64,000 bases of DNA from Kofleriaceae bacterium (GCA_046597055.1 JBKJLC010000037.1:82150-146149), one strand, 5' to 3'; counted from the first letter of the stretch, positions 47,423-58,272 are shown. Numbers and translations are program-made. The notes: generated by a model from the sequence alone, not told the origin.

Positions 47423-49060
47423 CTACAGATCTTCGGCGATGATCTTCTCGATGTTGCGCTCGGCCAGGGCCGACACGGTGAAGGCCGGGTTCGCGCAGCC
47501 GGTGAAGCCGGGGATCAGCGCGCTGTCGTTCACGTAGAGTCGGTCGTAGTTCTTCACGCGACCGTAGAAGTCGCAGGCCTTGCCGAGCACCGCGCCGCCC
47601 AGCGGGTGATAGACGGAGTCGTCGCGGTAGCCCTTGGGGCCGCCGATCAGCCAGCTCGTGGTGCCGCCGTTGGCGCGGTTGAGCCGCTGCATCGTGTGCA
47701 TCATGGCGCGGTTGACCGTGTGCTGGTCGTTGAAGAACCGCGGCCACTGCAGCGAGACCTCGTCCGTCCAGCGGTCGTACTCGAACTGGCCGCGGGTCTT
47801 GTGGATGCCCATGCCGAAGTAGAGCAAGTAGTGCAGGTCGAGCCCGAGGGGCAGCTGCGGGTGCTCGATGTACAGCGGCGCGATCGGGTTGTCGTAGTCC
47901 TTGATCGCGGACGCCGGCGGCCCACCCTGCCACTGACCGGTCGACTCGGGGATGAGCGTCCGCAGCGCGTAGACGTTGCCGTTGTTGCCCCAGCCCTTGC
48001 CGACCTGGTCGTTGAGGTCCGGCAGCATGCCCGTCGCCTTGGCGCGGACCAGCAGCTTGCTGGTGCCGATCGATCCCGCCGACAGGATCAGGTACTTGCA
48101 GCTGTACGTCTCGTGCTCCTCGACGTTCCCGCGCTCGTCGATGCGCTCGACGAAGACCAGGTAGTTGCCGTCGTCGCCCCGGGCGATGTCGGTGACCTGG
48201 CGCAGGGTGCGCGCCTCGAACAGCCCGGTGGCCTCGGCGTCCGCCAGGTAGTTCGTGTCGAGCGTCTTCTTCGCGCCGCTCTCCACGCCGTAGATCGCCT
48301 CGCCGTGGATGACCGACGGCGCGACGGTGCCGGCGATCTCCTGGCGGACGATGTCCCAGTCGGTGCCCGACCGGATGCGGTCGACCTCGATGCCGGCCTT
48401 CTGGCAGTGCTGCTCCATGACCCGGTAGTGCGTGTGGTAGTCCGAGGCCAGCACGTCGGCGGGGATCGCGCTGATGCCGACCTTGGCGTCGACCCGCTGG
48501 TAGTAGCGGCCCATGTCGTCGTACGACACCTCGGCCGGGAACACCTGCTCGAAGAGGTGCTTCGGCGGTTTGACGTACAGGCCGCCGTAGACGATCGACC
48601 CGCCGCCGTAGGCCGCGCCGGTGAGCACCTTCAGGTTGCCGAAGTCGTGGCCCTCGAGCACGCCGGTGTATCGCCGGATCGGCAGCGCGGGCCCGAGCGG
48701 CACCACCGTCTTGCGGTTGAGCCAGGTGCTGCGTCCGTCCGGGTAGATGTAGGGCGAGAAGGTGTCGACGCCGGGCGTGCGGACCCAGCGCTTGCCCTTC
48801 TCGAGCATCAGCGTATCGATCCCGTGCTCGGTCAGGCGCAGCGCGCTGATCGCGCCGCCGAAGCCACTGCCGATCACGATGGCCTCGCGGACGATCGGCG
48901 TGGTGACGATGCCGAGATTCGAGGCGCGCGCCTTGCTCGCCCCCAGCAGGATCGGTCCGGCCGCTGCGGCCGCGCCGGCGACGCCGGCCAGCTTCAGCAG
49001 GTCACGCCGGCTGGGCGCGCGGGTCGGTGGGGAGTCGTCGCCGTCGTTCTGATCTGACAT
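47423..49060 (-). CDS. Tat-exported cholesterol oxidase-like GMC oxidoreductase
   Basis: Tat motif SRRDLLK; GSGFGG; GGGSIVYG; GAKKTLDTNYL; GWGNNG; YHPLGG; NPAFTVSALAERN. Confidence 0.85.
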   Translation of the reverse strand: MSDQNDGDDSPPTRAPSRRDLLKLAGVAGAAAAAGPILLGASKARASNLGIVTTPIVREAIVIGSGFGGAISALRLTEHGIDTLMLEKGKRWVRTPGVDTFSPYIYPDGRSTWLNRKTVVPLGPALPIRRYTGVLEGHDFGNLKVLTGAAYGGGSIVYGGLYVKPPKHLFEQVFPAEVSYDDMGRYYQRVDAKVGISAIPADVLASDYHTHYRVMEQHCQKAGIEVDRIRSGTDWDIVRQEIAGTVAPSVIHGEAIYGVESGAKKTLDTNYLADAEATGLFEARTLRQVTDIARGDDGNYLVFVERIDERGNVEEHETYSCKYLILSAGSIGTSKLLVRAKATGMLPDLNDQVGKGWGNNGNVYALRTLIPESTGQWQGGPPASAIKDYDNPIAPLYIEHPQLPLGLDLHYLLYFGMGIHKTRGQFEYDRWTDEVSLQWPRFFNDQHTVNRAMMHTMQRLNRANGGTTSWLIGGPKGYRDDSVYHPLGGAVLGKACDFYGRVKNYDRLYVNDSALIPGFTGCANPAFTVSALAERNIEKIIAEDL

Positions 49061-49250
49061 CGGGTCGCCATTCCTCGTTTGCTCGCGCGTCGCGACGCGC
49101 AGGTCTATCGAGGGCACTGGCTACCATGGAATTTTCGTGAGCTAGTCTCAGTCCGCGCGATTGCCATTACCGCTCGTGACATGGCCGTCTCGCGGTCGGC
49201 GAACCGCCTTCAACCTGAGGGCGTGCTGGCGAGCCAGCGCGCGGCCGCGG

Positions 49251-49664
49251 TCATGGCGGCGAGAAGTCGTAGCGGTGGAAGGCGCGCGTCGACTTGCCCC
49301 GCGCGCTCTGGGCGAACTTCACCGCGCGGACGACCGCGAGGACGCAGTCGACCACGCTGGCGTCGGTGAGCTGGTCGTCCTGCGAGCCCTGCGCGGCGTC
49401 GGTCACGGTCCCCTCGGGATCGATCTCGAAGTTGATGACCAGCCGTCCCTGCAGCGTTGGATCGTGGTCGTGACCGGCCTCGTAGCAGGCGCGCGCTGCC
49501 GGGCGATGGTCGTCGATGCGGGCCGAGATGTCCTCGAGGCAGCGCCCCGGCTCGCAGGCGCCGCCCGATGGGGCCGGGTCGCCGGCGGCGGCGACGTCCG
49601 GCTTGGAACCTCCGCACCCGATCGCGAGCGCGAGCGTGAAGATGGCAAATGCAACGCGCCGCAT
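49251..49664 (-). CDS. AgmX/PglI-like TonB C-terminal domain lipoprotein
   Basis: Lipobox AIGC; RACYE...PTLQGRL...FEIDPEG.V; CVL..V..VKF. Confidence 0.75.
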   Translation of the reverse strand: MRRVAFAIFTLALAIGCGGSKPDVAAAGDPAPSGGACEPGRCLEDISARIDDHRPAARACYEAGHDHDPTLQGRLVINFEIDPEGTVTDAAQGSQDDQLTDASVVDCVLAVVRAVKFAQSARGKSTRAFHRYDFSPP

Positions 49665-49840
49665 GCCTCGACGGTAGCAGACCTGTCAGCCCCCGATCGC
49701 CGTGACGGCAGACACACGCGCCTTGGGCCGGCGCCGACGCTGGGCTCGCGCGCCGGCGCGGGTGCGGCAACCCGCGGAAGCGCACGGCGCAGCCCCAACA
49801 GGTCCTTCTCAACGCGGGTGGCAACGGGCACAGTAGGTGG

Positions 49841-50770
49841 ATGGCGTCGACCTGCGGGCTCGGGCTGTGTCTGCTGCTGGTCGCGGCCGCCGGCGCGTGC
49901 AACGACGGCACGACGTCCGAGAGTGGGGTGGATGCCGGTCCAACGGGCTACGGGCGGGTGTCCGGCACCATCGAGCTGGACACGCGGCGGGCCGCCACGC
50001 GGACGCCGCCGATCGCACCGGGCGACGTGCACGTGGCGCTGGTCTGGTACGCCACGCTCGACGACGCCAGCAAGCGGCCGTGGGTCAGCCAGGAGCTCGA
50101 GATCCTGCGGATCGGGACCAGCTGGCCGGCCGAGTTCGAGCTTCTGATCACGGAGCCGCCGCCGCCCGGCGCCATCCGGTACGAGCTCGGGTACAGCCAG
50201 GCCAAGTTCGTCGCGTACCACGACAAGAACGGCAACGGGCGACTCGACTGGACCCCGACCACCGCCGACGCGTTCGTCGACGAGGTGGTCGCGTACCACC
50301 CCCGCCTGTTCCTGTGGTTCTTCACCGATGGTGGGCTCAAGCTGATGCTGCCGGGCAGCGGCGACCTGGTCGATCCATCGACGCCGATCCAGCTGCTCGA
50401 GCGCGCCGACCTGCGGTCGAGCTGTCACCTGCTGGAGTGGCTGCCGCGCTTCTCGTTCGAGTCACAGCGCCACAGCTATGACGACCCGGACCAAGGTGAT
50501 CAGGGGCCGTTCGACTCGCAGGGCTTCACCCGCTGCCCGACCGACGAGCCGCCGGACGGCGCGCGGGTGGCCTGCCAGCCCGGCGGCCCCAGCGCCTACC
50601 AGTACTACACGTCATGGTCGAGCGAGACGAGCGCGTTCGTCGGGACCACCTGCGGTCCGGTGATCCGGACGTGCGAAGGACGCCGCGCCGATCCCCAGGC
50701 GCCGGGTCCGTGGCCGTGTCCGTGTGATGCGGCGCGGTACACCTGCGTCGACTACCAGCTCGAGATCTGA
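49841..50770 (+). CDS. Hypothetical lipoprotein
   Basis: AGAC lipobox; YHDKNGNGRLD loop; Cys-rich C-terminus. Confidence 0.75.
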   Translation: MASTCGLGLCLLLVAAAGACNDGTTSESGVDAGPTGYGRVSGTIELDTRRAATRTPPIAPGDVHVALVWYATLDDASKRPWVSQELEILRIGTSWPAEFELLITEPPPPGAIRYELGYSQAKFVAYHDKNGNGRLDWTPTTADAFVDEVVAYHPRLFLWFFTDGGLKLMLPGSGDLVDPSTPIQLLERADLRSSCHLLEWLPRFSFESQRHSYDDPDQGDQGPFDSQGFTRCPTDEPPDGARVACQPGGPSAYQYYTSWSSETSAFVGTTCGPVIRTCEGRRADPQAPGPWPCPCDAARYTCVDYQLEI

Positions 50771-50822
50771 GCCGTACCCGGCCTGCTCCAGCGCGAGCGC
50801 CGGGAACGCCTGGCCGGTCCGA

Positions 50823-51062
50823 TCAGACCGAGCGGCGACGCGCCGAGGACGGGATGGTCCGGGAGGCTGCCTCGGGCCGGGGCGCCTGCTGCTTGGCCCG
50901 CGGGGCGCGGGGCGGGAGCGGTGCCGACGCGGCGGGCTCGGCAGCGGCCAGAATGGCGGCGGTCTCGGCGCGCGCCGCGGCATCCTTCTCGATGCAACAC
51001 TTCTTGTACTTGGACCCGGAGCCGCAGTGACAGGGGTCGTTGCGTCCTGGAAGTTGCGACAT
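50823..51062 (-). CDS. SEC-C motif small protein
   Basis: GRNDPCHCGSGSKYKKCC. Confidence 0.8.
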   Translation of the reverse strand: MSQLPGRNDPCHCGSGSKYKKCCIEKDAAARAETAAILAAAEPAASAPLPPRAPRAKQQAPRPEAASRTIPSSARRRSV

Positions 51063-51284
51063 CCGGGGAGCGTACGACGGGCAGCGCAGGACGTCAGGGC
51101 CGGTTCGGCGAAACCCGACCGGCGGGCCCGGCAACCTGCGCTGGGCCGGGTCGCTCGGCGATCGAAGCACCCCGATCGGGCAGGCGCGACCGGCGGGTGA
51201 CGGTGGGTCACGGCGGGCTGGCGCCAGACGCGGACCCGGCGCGGGCGGCTACCAATGGCGGTGGGACCTGGCTATCTTGCGCCC

Positions 51285-53237
51285 ATGTCTGTCAGCGTCA
51301 CCGTGACCCTTCCCGACGGAAGCCAGAAGCAGACCGCTGCTGGCACGCCGATCGGCGACTTCGTGCGGGACTCGATCGGTCCCGGTCTCGCCAAGGCGGC
51401 CGTGCTCGCGAAGGCGAACGGCACGGTCGTCGATCTCTCGCGCAAGCTCGACGCCGACACCCAGCTCGAGATCTACACGACCAAGGCGCCCGAGGCGCTC
51501 GAGACCATCCGGCACGATGGCGCGCACATCCTCGCCGACGCCGTGCAGCGGCTGTTTCCGGGCACCCAGGTCACGATCGGCCCGAGCATCGAGCACGGCT
51601 TCTACTACGACTTCGATCGCGGTCAGCCGTTCACCGAGGACGAGCTCGCCCGCATCGAGGTCGAGGCCAACCGGATCATCGCGCAGGACCTGCCGTTCGT
51701 GCGCAGCGAGGTGTCGCCCGAGCAGGCGATCGAGCTGTTCACCGGCAAGGGCGAGGCGTTCAAGGTCGAGATCATCCAGGACATCGTCGGCCGGGGTGCC
51801 ACCGTGCTGACGCTGTACCGCCATGGCGACTGGGTCGACTTCTGCGAAGGCCCGCACGGCCCGTCGACCGGCCGGGTCGGGGTCATCAAGGTGCTCAGCT
51901 CGTCGGCGGCGTACTGGCGCGGTGACCACCGCAACAAGTCACTCCAGCGGATCTACGGCACCGCCTTCTTCGACAAAAAGGGGCTCGACGCCTGGCTCAA
52001 GCAGCGCGAGGAGGCCGAGAAGCGCGACCACCGGCGGCTGGGCCGCGAGCTCGACCTGTTCCACTTCCACCCGCTGTCCCCGGGCGCGGCGTTCTGGACC
52101 CCCAAGGGCACCGCGATCTACACGGTGCTGTCGTCGTACATGCGGCAGCTCGCCCTGGCGAACGGCTACGTCGAGATCAAGACGCCGCTGCTCTACAACA
52201 AGGGCCTGTGGGAGATGTCGGGCCACTGGGGCAAGTACAAGGAGAACATGTTCCTCGTCGAGGACAGCGACGCGCGGGCCGCCGGCGACCCGGATCCTCA
52301 TCACTTCTCGCTGAAGCCGATGAACTGCCCGTCGCACCACCTCTATTACGGGTTCCGGAAGCAGAGCTATCGCGACCTCCCGCTGCGGCTGCACACCCAG
52401 GACGTGCTGCACCGCAACGAGGCGGCCGGCTCGCTCGGCGGGCTCACCCGCGTGCGGCAGTTCGCGCAGGACGACGCCCACATCTACTGCCGCGAGGACC
52501 AGATCGCGGACGAGGTGAAGAAGTTCGTGAAGCTGCTCGACCACGTCTACAACGCGGTCGGCCTGCAGTACTCGGCCAAGTTCGCGACCCGGCCGCCCCA
52601 GCGGATCGGCGACGACGCGATGTGGGACCGCGCCGAGGCCGCGCTCAAGAGCGCGCTCGACGGGCTCGGGCTCGCCTACGAGCTCAAGCCCGGCGATGGC
52701 GCGTTCTACGGGCCCAAGATCGACTTCGACGTGTCCGACAGCATCGGCCGCAAGTGGCAGCTGGGCACCGTCCAGCTCGACTACGCGGCGCCGGAGCGGT
52801 TCGACCTCACCTACGTCGGCGAGGACGGCAAGCCGCACCGTCCGGTGGTGCTGCACCGGGCCGTGTACGGCTCGTTCGAGCGGTTCATCGCGATCCTGAT
52901 CGAGCACTTCGCCGGGGCGTTCCCGCTGTGGCTGGCGCCGGTCCAGGTCGCGATCGTCACCGTCACCGACCGGGTCAACGACCACGCGCGCACGGTCGCC
53001 GATCGGCTGGCCGCGGCCGGGACGCGCGTGATGTTCGATGACAGCAGCGGGACCATGCAGGCCAAGGTCCGCGAGGCGTCGCTCCAGAAGATCCCGTACA
53101 CCGTCGTGATCGGCGACAAGGAGGTCGCGGCCGACCAGGTCAGCGTCCGGGTGTTCGGCGTCGATCAGCAGAAGATGCAGACGATGGACTTTGCGGCGTT
53201 CGCCGCGCGCGTGGCCGTCGAAGCGCGGTACCCGTGA
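51285..53237 (+). CDS. thrS: Threonine--tRNA ligase
   Basis: TGS domain, [62 protein letters not shown]. Confidence 0.98.
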   Translation: MSVSVTVTLPDGSQKQTAAGTPIGDFVRDSIGPGLAKAAVLAKANGTVVDLSRKLDADTQLEIYTTKAPEALETIRHDGAHILADAVQRLFPGTQVTIGPSIEHGFYYDFDRGQPFTEDELARIEVEANRIIAQDLPFVRSEVSPEQAIELFTGKGEAFKVEIIQDIVGRGATVLTLYRHGDWVDFCEGPHGPSTGRVGVIKVLSSSAAYWRGDHRNKSLQRIYGTAFFDKKGLDAWLKQREEAEKRDHRRLGRELDLFHFHPLSPGAAFWTPKGTAIYTVLSSYMRQLALANGYVEIKTPLLYNKGLWEMSGHWGKYKENMFLVEDSDARAAGDPDPHHFSLKPMNCPSHHLYYGFRKQSYRDLPLRLHTQDVLHRNEAAGSLGGLTRVRQFAQDDAHIYCREDQIADEVKKFVKLLDHVYNAVGLQYSAKFATRPPQRIGDDAMWDRAEAALKSALDGLGLAYELKPGDGAFYGPKIDFDVSDSIGRKWQLGTVQLDYAAPERFDLTYVGEDGKPHRPVVLHRAVYGSFERFIAILIEHFAGAFPLWLAPVQVAIVTVTDRVNDHARTVADRLAAAGTRVMFDDSSGTMQAKVREASLQKIPYTVVIGDKEVAADQVSVRVFGVDQQKMQTMDFAAFAARVAVEARYP

Positions 53238-53267
53238 GCGCCGCGAGCCTGGGGACCCGCGGCGCTC
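53236..53267 (+). terminator. Hairpin directly after thrS
   Basis: GAGCGCCGCG / CGCGGCGCTC 10-bp inverted repeat; no U-tract. Confidence 0.45.
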
Positions 53268-53435
53268 GGCTACGGCAGCTTGCGGCTGGTCAGCTTGAAG
53301 CGCATCGACTCGCCGGCCTGTAGCGCGGTGGTGCCGAGCGTCGCCAGGTTGGCGGCGAGGTTGACGTGGATCAGGGTGCGATCGCGTCGAGGAGGCGCGG
53401 GGCGGGGCGGGCGAAGGTGCCGAGCAGCAGGAGCG

Positions 53436-53901
53436 GGTCTGCCCCCAGGATTGATCACAAGTCTCCATGTGATCGGATGCGCTCACCCTTCCCCGGTGGC
53501 CCTGAGCCGGCGCCGAAGGCGCCGCGTCGAAGGGCAGAGCGGCAAGGAGCCGCACGCCGCTCCGACGGGCTGCCCTTCGACAGCGGGCTCGCGTGCGCTC
53601 GCCCTGGCTCAGGGCCACCGGGAAGATGTGCGGGATCCAGAGGTCTGCCCTCGAGATTGATCACAACTCGCCAGGTGATCGAAAGCGTTGCCCTTTCCCG
53701 GTGGCCCTGAACCGGCGCCGCAGGCGCCGTGTCGAAGGGCCAGGTGCGCAGGGTGCAACGCGGGATCTTCGACGGGCTGCCCTTCGACTTCGGCTCGCTG
53801 CGCGAGCCTTCGCTCAGGGACACCGGAACAACATGTGCGGGATCCTGAGGTCTGCCCTTCGACACGGCGCTTCGCGCCGGCTCAGGGCCACCGGAAAACG
53901 G
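53436..53901. repeat. REP-like composite palindromic repeat, 2+ units of about 206 bp
   Basis: GATTGATCACAA at 53449 and 53655; each unit has inverted CCGGTGGCCCTGA..GTCGAAGGGC and GCCCTTCGAC..CTCAGGG.CACCGG arms. Confidence 0.85.
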
Positions 53902-53913
53902 GCGCGCTTGCGA

Positions 53914-56031
53914 TCACATCGCTGCCGGAGCGGGCGGGCCTGACGGTGCTGCCGGAGCGGGCGGGGGCGTCGGGGGCGCGGGCGGGCCTGACGGTGCAGC
54001 CGGAGCGGGCGGGCCTGACGGTGCTGCCAAGGCGGCCGGGGGCGTCGGGGGCGCGGGCGGCAGGCAGAACTCGGCCGGGGCGTCGAAGCGCGCGGTCAGC
54101 GCGGCTGCCGGCGTGCCCGGCGCCGCCTTCAGATCCCAGCGGTCGTCCCAGTCACCGTCGGCGCCGTAGCGCCAGCGGCCGGCGATGGCGCGGACGCCGT
54201 CCCCGTCGACGATGACCCGCATCTCGACGTCGCCGGCGTCGCCTGGGGGCTTGCGCGACGGCACCTCGCACCACCAGCCGACGAAGGTGTCGCCGACCAT
54301 GCGGCCGCGGACGGTGCCGACGTCATGGCCGTAGACGCCCCAGATCTCGTCGCCAACCCGGCGCAGCAGCAGGTGGCCGAAGTCGCCGCGCCAGTGGCCC
54401 TCGATCGCATCAGCCGGCGCCGATGTGCCGCCGACCAGCAGCTGCGGCTCGGCGCAGCGGTCGACCTCGGGCAGCGATGTGGCGTCGGCCACCACGACCG
54501 GACTGACCTTGGCGCGCGCGACCAGGGTTCGCAGCGCCACGAGCGACGCCTGCAGGCACCGATCGCTGGCCGCCGCGATCGCCGGGCTCCACCGGTGGGC
54601 GCGGGTGGCCTCGCACGAGGTGACCGCCGCGCGCTGCCAGTGCATCGACCAGGCGTCGATCGCGGTGGCCAGCTGGTTGGCGGCCTCGGGACCGCTGAAC
54701 GGGTCGAGTCGGGCGTAGTGCGCGGCGATCTTGCTGCGCGCGGACGGCCCCCAGGCCGCGACCACCGGGGTGCCGGCGGCGTCGCACGATGCCGCGCGGG
54801 GCGCAGCGGTCCGCGCGCCGACGATCGCGACCGCGGCGATCGCGGCGATCGCGACCGCCACTGTCGCCGCGCCGGCGATCAGGGCGCGACGGGGCGGCGA
54901 GCGCAGCGCCGCGAGCAGCGCGCGCATGTCCGGGTAGCGTCCGGCCGGATCGATCGCCAGCCCGCGGCGCAGCACCGGCCAGACCCAGGCTGGCACCCCG
55001 GTGCGGGTCGGTTCGCGGGGCGGAGTCCTGGTGACCTGCTCGCGCAGCTCGGCGACCTGGTTGCCCGGCCAAGGTCGCTGGCCATGGAGCGCCTCGTACA
55101 GCACCACGCAGTAGCCGAACTGATCGGCGCGCGCATCAACGACCTGACCGGCGAGTTGCTCCGGTGCCATGTACGACGGCGTGCCCAAGGTGGTGCCGAC
55201 CGCGGTGAGATCGCCGGCGCGCGGGCTCGCCCCCGACGGCCGGGTCGTCGGCGGATGCGACGACGGCGGCCGGGAGCGCGGCCGCGGGTCGGCTGGCTCG
55301 ACCCGCGCGCGGGCGAGCGGCTGGGTGACCTCGGCCCGGAGCGCCTCGTCGCCGGCGAGCTCGGGGCGCAGCCCATCGCTGGCGACCGAGACCAGGCCGA
55401 AGTCGCCGATCCGCGGTCGCTGGTCGAGCCCGACCAGGATGTTCTGGGGCTTGATGTCGCGATGGACGAAGCCGGCGTCGTGGGCGGCGGCGAGGCCCTC
55501 GCCGGCACCCAGCATCACGTCGAGCACCTCGCGCCACGAGCGCTTGGCCGCGGCCTGCCAGTCGGACAGGTTGTCCCCGGGCACGTACTCCATCGCGATG
55601 TAGAGCTGGCCGTTGACCCGACCGACGCCGTGGATGGTCACCACGTTGGGATGGGCGAGCTGCGCCATCGCGACCGCTTCCCGGTACAGCCGCTCGGTGC
55701 CGACCGCGGCGCGATGCACCTTGACCGCCACGTCCCGCTGCAGCTCGAGGTCGCGCGCGAGGTACACCACGCCCATCCCGCCGGCCCCGATGCGGCGGAC
55801 GATCTGGTAGACGGTGCCGAGATCGGAGCCCGGGGTCAGCTCGACCGGCGGGGCCGCCGCCGGGGCGCTGGCGATGCCGCCCAGCAGCGCGGCCAGCGAG
55901 CCTTCCTCGCTGCCGGCGGGTGCGTCGAGGTCGCCGCCTGACTCGGCGATCGAGCCCGCGGCCGCGTCGTTGCCGGGCTCGCCGGGCCCATCGGCCCGTC
56001 GATCTCTGACGTTGCGGGGGTCCTTGGGCAC
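53914..56031 (-). CDS. Membrane-anchored Ser/Thr protein kinase
   Basis: GAGGMGVV, VAVK, HRDIKPQN, DFGL, GTPSYMAPEQ; TM helix; C-terminal domain with PAAPSGPP repeats. Confidence 0.92.
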   Translation of the reverse strand: MPKDPRNVRDRRADGPGEPGNDAAAGSIAESGGDLDAPAGSEEGSLAALLGGIASAPAAAPPVELTPGSDLGTVYQIVRRIGAGGMGVVYLARDLELQRDVAVKVHRAAVGTERLYREAVAMAQLAHPNVVTIHGVGRVNGQLYIAMEYVPGDNLSDWQAAAKRSWREVLDVMLGAGEGLAAAHDAGFVHRDIKPQNILVGLDQRPRIGDFGLVSVASDGLRPELAGDEALRAEVTQPLARARVEPADPRPRSRPPSSHPPTTRPSGASPRAGDLTAVGTTLGTPSYMAPEQLAGQVVDARADQFGYCVVLYEALHGQRPWPGNQVAELREQVTRTPPREPTRTGVPAWVWPVLRRGLAIDPAGRYPDMRALLAALRSPPRRALIAGAATVAVAIAAIAAVAIVGARTAAPRAASCDAAGTPVVAAWGPSARSKIAAHYARLDPFSGPEAANQLATAIDAWSMHWQRAAVTSCEATRAHRWSPAIAAASDRCLQASLVALRTLVARAKVSPVVVADATSLPEVDRCAEPQLLVGGTSAPADAIEGHWRGDFGHLLLRRVGDEIWGVYGHDVGTVRGRMVGDTFVGWWCEVPSRKPPGDAGDVEMRVIVDGDGVRAIAGRWRYGADGDWDDRWDLKAAPGTPAAALTARFDAPAEFCLPPAPPTPPAALAAPSGPPAPAAPSGPPAPPTPPPAPAAPSGPPAPAAM

Positions 56032-56386
56032 GGCGGCGCGCCACGACCGCGGCGCGGTCGCATAGTACGAGACCTCACCACGACTGTCGCCTGCGCCGCA
56101 CGGGCGTGACCGAGGGTGGCCGCGGTCGGACCGGGCGGCGGCGAGGACGCGACCGAACGTCGATCGACCCGCACGACGATCGTCGACGAGACCGAGCCCA
56201 TCACGGCGAGCGGTCTCGCACCTCATACGGCGCCGCGGCGGCGGCGGCCGACGGCTGGGATCGGGCCCGTTTGCGTCGCCTCGCCTGGGACTCCACGGCC
56301 CGTCGTCGGTAGATCCCGGGGCGACGCGCGCGTGACGAAAAGTTGCGCGCTCCGTGGCAATGCCATAGGGCTTTAAACAGCCTCGC

Positions 56387-57457
56387 ATGACTTCTCCAGG
56401 CGCCTTGTCCGAGCATGACCGAAGCCGGGACGGTGGACCCGACGTGGGCGTGAGCCCGGACGGCCGGCCCGCGGTGATCCTGCGGGGCACCGCACGCGGT
56501 CTCGACCTGATCGTCCGCGGTCGCGCGTCGGTCGAGGAGATCGCTTGCGCGCTCACCGCGCGGCTGGAGGAAGCGCCCGGGTTCTTCTCGGGAAGCGACG
56601 TCCGGATCCGGGTCGAGGATGGTCCGCTGGTCACCGGCTGCCTGGCGCGGCTCGACGAGCTCGCGAGCCGGTTCAAGCTGCGGATCGTCGAGGTTGGCGC
56701 GCTGCGGCGCGACGGCACCGAGGACGGCGTGCCCCGACCCCAGTTTCCCGCCGGCTCGTCCCGGACCCCGCGCCTCGCGGTCGACCCGGCCGCGCTGGCC
56801 GGCACGGCGGCCGGCAGCGACACCGACCCGGCGGCCGCGCCTGCGACCGAGCTCTCGGCAGCGATCGAGAGCGCCGAGCTCGTGAGCGACCCGGTCGAGC
56901 CGGCGTGCGCTGCTTCGCCCGAGGCGTCGGCGGCAGTCGAACCCGTGGTCGTCGCCGCGCCGGAGGTCGCCGCCGCGCCGGTGGTCGCCGCCGAGCCGGA
57001 GGTCGTCGCCGAGCCGGTGGTCGTCGCCGAGCCGGTCACCGCGCCGGCGCTGCCTGCGCCCGCGCCCGCGGCGGCCCTCGACGACGAGCTCGACGCTCGC
57101 CTCGACGGCGCGCGCGTGGTCGTCGGACCGGTCCGCTCCGGCGTCATCCTCGAGCACGCAGGGCATCTCCTCGTGTTCGGGGACGTCAATCCCGGCGCCG
57201 AGATCCGCGCCGCCGGCAACATCGTCGTGCTCGGGCGGCTGCGCGGCATCGCGCACGCCGGCATCGGGCGGCCGATCGGGTTCATCGTCGCGCTGCGGCT
57301 CGAGCCGCAGCAGTTGCGGATCTGCCGGACGGTCGCGCGCGCGGGCGACAGCGACAAGCCGAGCGCCGAGCCCGAGATCGCGTACGTCACGGACGACGTC
57401 ATGATCGTCGAGCGTTATCGAGGCCGGCTCCCGGCCAGCCTCGCAGCCAGCATCTAG
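56387..57457 (+). CDS. minC: Septum site-determining protein MinC
   Basis: N-terminal ILRG..GL..FFSG; C-terminal VRSG, GDVNPGAEI.A.GNIVVLGRLRGIAHAG, PQQLRI; long Ala/Pro/Glu linker. Confidence 0.9.
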   Translation: MTSPGALSEHDRSRDGGPDVGVSPDGRPAVILRGTARGLDLIVRGRASVEEIACALTARLEEAPGFFSGSDVRIRVEDGPLVTGCLARLDELASRFKLRIVEVGALRRDGTEDGVPRPQFPAGSSRTPRLAVDPAALAGTAAGSDTDPAAAPATELSAAIESAELVSDPVEPACAASPEASAAVEPVVVAAPEVAAAPVVAAEPEVVAEPVVVAEPVTAPALPAPAPAAALDDELDARLDGARVVVGPVRSGVILEHAGHLLVFGDVNPGAEIRAAGNIVVLGRLRGIAHAGIGRPIGFIVALRLEPQQLRICRTVARAGDSDKPSAEPEIAYVTDDVMIVERYRGRLPASLAASI

Positions 57458-57466
57458 GAGGATTCC

Positions 57467-58261
57467 ATGGGTCGAGCGATCGTCATCACATCGGGCAAGG
57501 GCGGCGTCGGCAAGACCACCGTCACGGCCAATCTCGGAGCCGCGCTGGCCCAGCTGGGGCACTCGGTGGTCGTGGTGGACGCCGACATCGGCCTCCGCAA
57601 CCTCGACGTCGTCATGGGCCTCGAGAACCGCATCGTCTTCCACGTGGTCGACGCGATCCGGGGCCGCTGCACGGTGGCGAAGGCGCTGATCAAGGATCGC
57701 CGCCTCGACAACCTGTGGCTGCTGCCGGCGTCGCAGAGCGACGACAAGGACGCGGTCACGCCCGACGAGATGAGCAAGCTGGTGCGCGAGCTCAAGCAGA
57801 CCCACGACTACGTGATCATCGATTGCCCGGCCGGCATCGAGCAGGGCTTCAAGAACGCGATCGCCGGCGCCGACGAGGCGGTCGTGGTCGCGACGCCCGA
57901 GGTGTCGTCGATCCGGGATGCGGACCGCGTCGTCGGCCTGCTCGCCGCGGCCGACGTGCCGGCGCGCCTCGTGGTCAACCGGATCTCGCAGCACCTGGTG
58001 AAGCGCGGCGACATGCTCTCGCAGTCGGACGTGATCGAGATCCTCGCGCTCGAGCTGCTCGGGACGATCCCGCTCGATGATCATATCGTCGCCACGACCA
58101 ACCGCGGCATGCCCGCGGTGATCGAGGGCAAGTCGCTCGCCGCGAAGGAGCTCACCCGGATCGCGCTCCGGCTGTCCGGCGTGGACGTCGAGGAGCGCGC
58201 CCCGGGCGGGTTCTTCGCTCGGCTTGGCCGCGCGCTCGGCCTGACGGCTACCCCGGCGTGA
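57467..58261 (+). CDS. minD: Septum site-determining ATPase MinD
   Basis: TSGKGGVGKTT, DIGLRNLD..MGLENR, DCPAGIEQGF, PEVSSIRDADR; C-terminal GFFARL helix. Confidence 0.96.
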   Translation: MGRAIVITSGKGGVGKTTVTANLGAALAQLGHSVVVVDADIGLRNLDVVMGLENRIVFHVVDAIRGRCTVAKALIKDRRLDNLWLLPASQSDDKDAVTPDEMSKLVRELKQTHDYVIIDCPAGIEQGFKNAIAGADEAVVVATPEVSSIRDADRVVGLLAAADVPARLVVNRISQHLVKRGDMLSQSDVIEILALELLGTIPLDDHIVATTNRGMPAVIEGKSLAAKELTRIALRLSGVDVEERAPGGFFARLGRALGLTATPA

Positions 58262-58272
58262 GGAGTCTACTC

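Noticed and set aside
53920..54062. GC-rich tandem repeats as a separate element
   Set aside because: They encode the Pro/Ala tail (PAAPSGPP) of the kinase; the repeats in cusB, DUF1801 and minC are likewise coding linkers.
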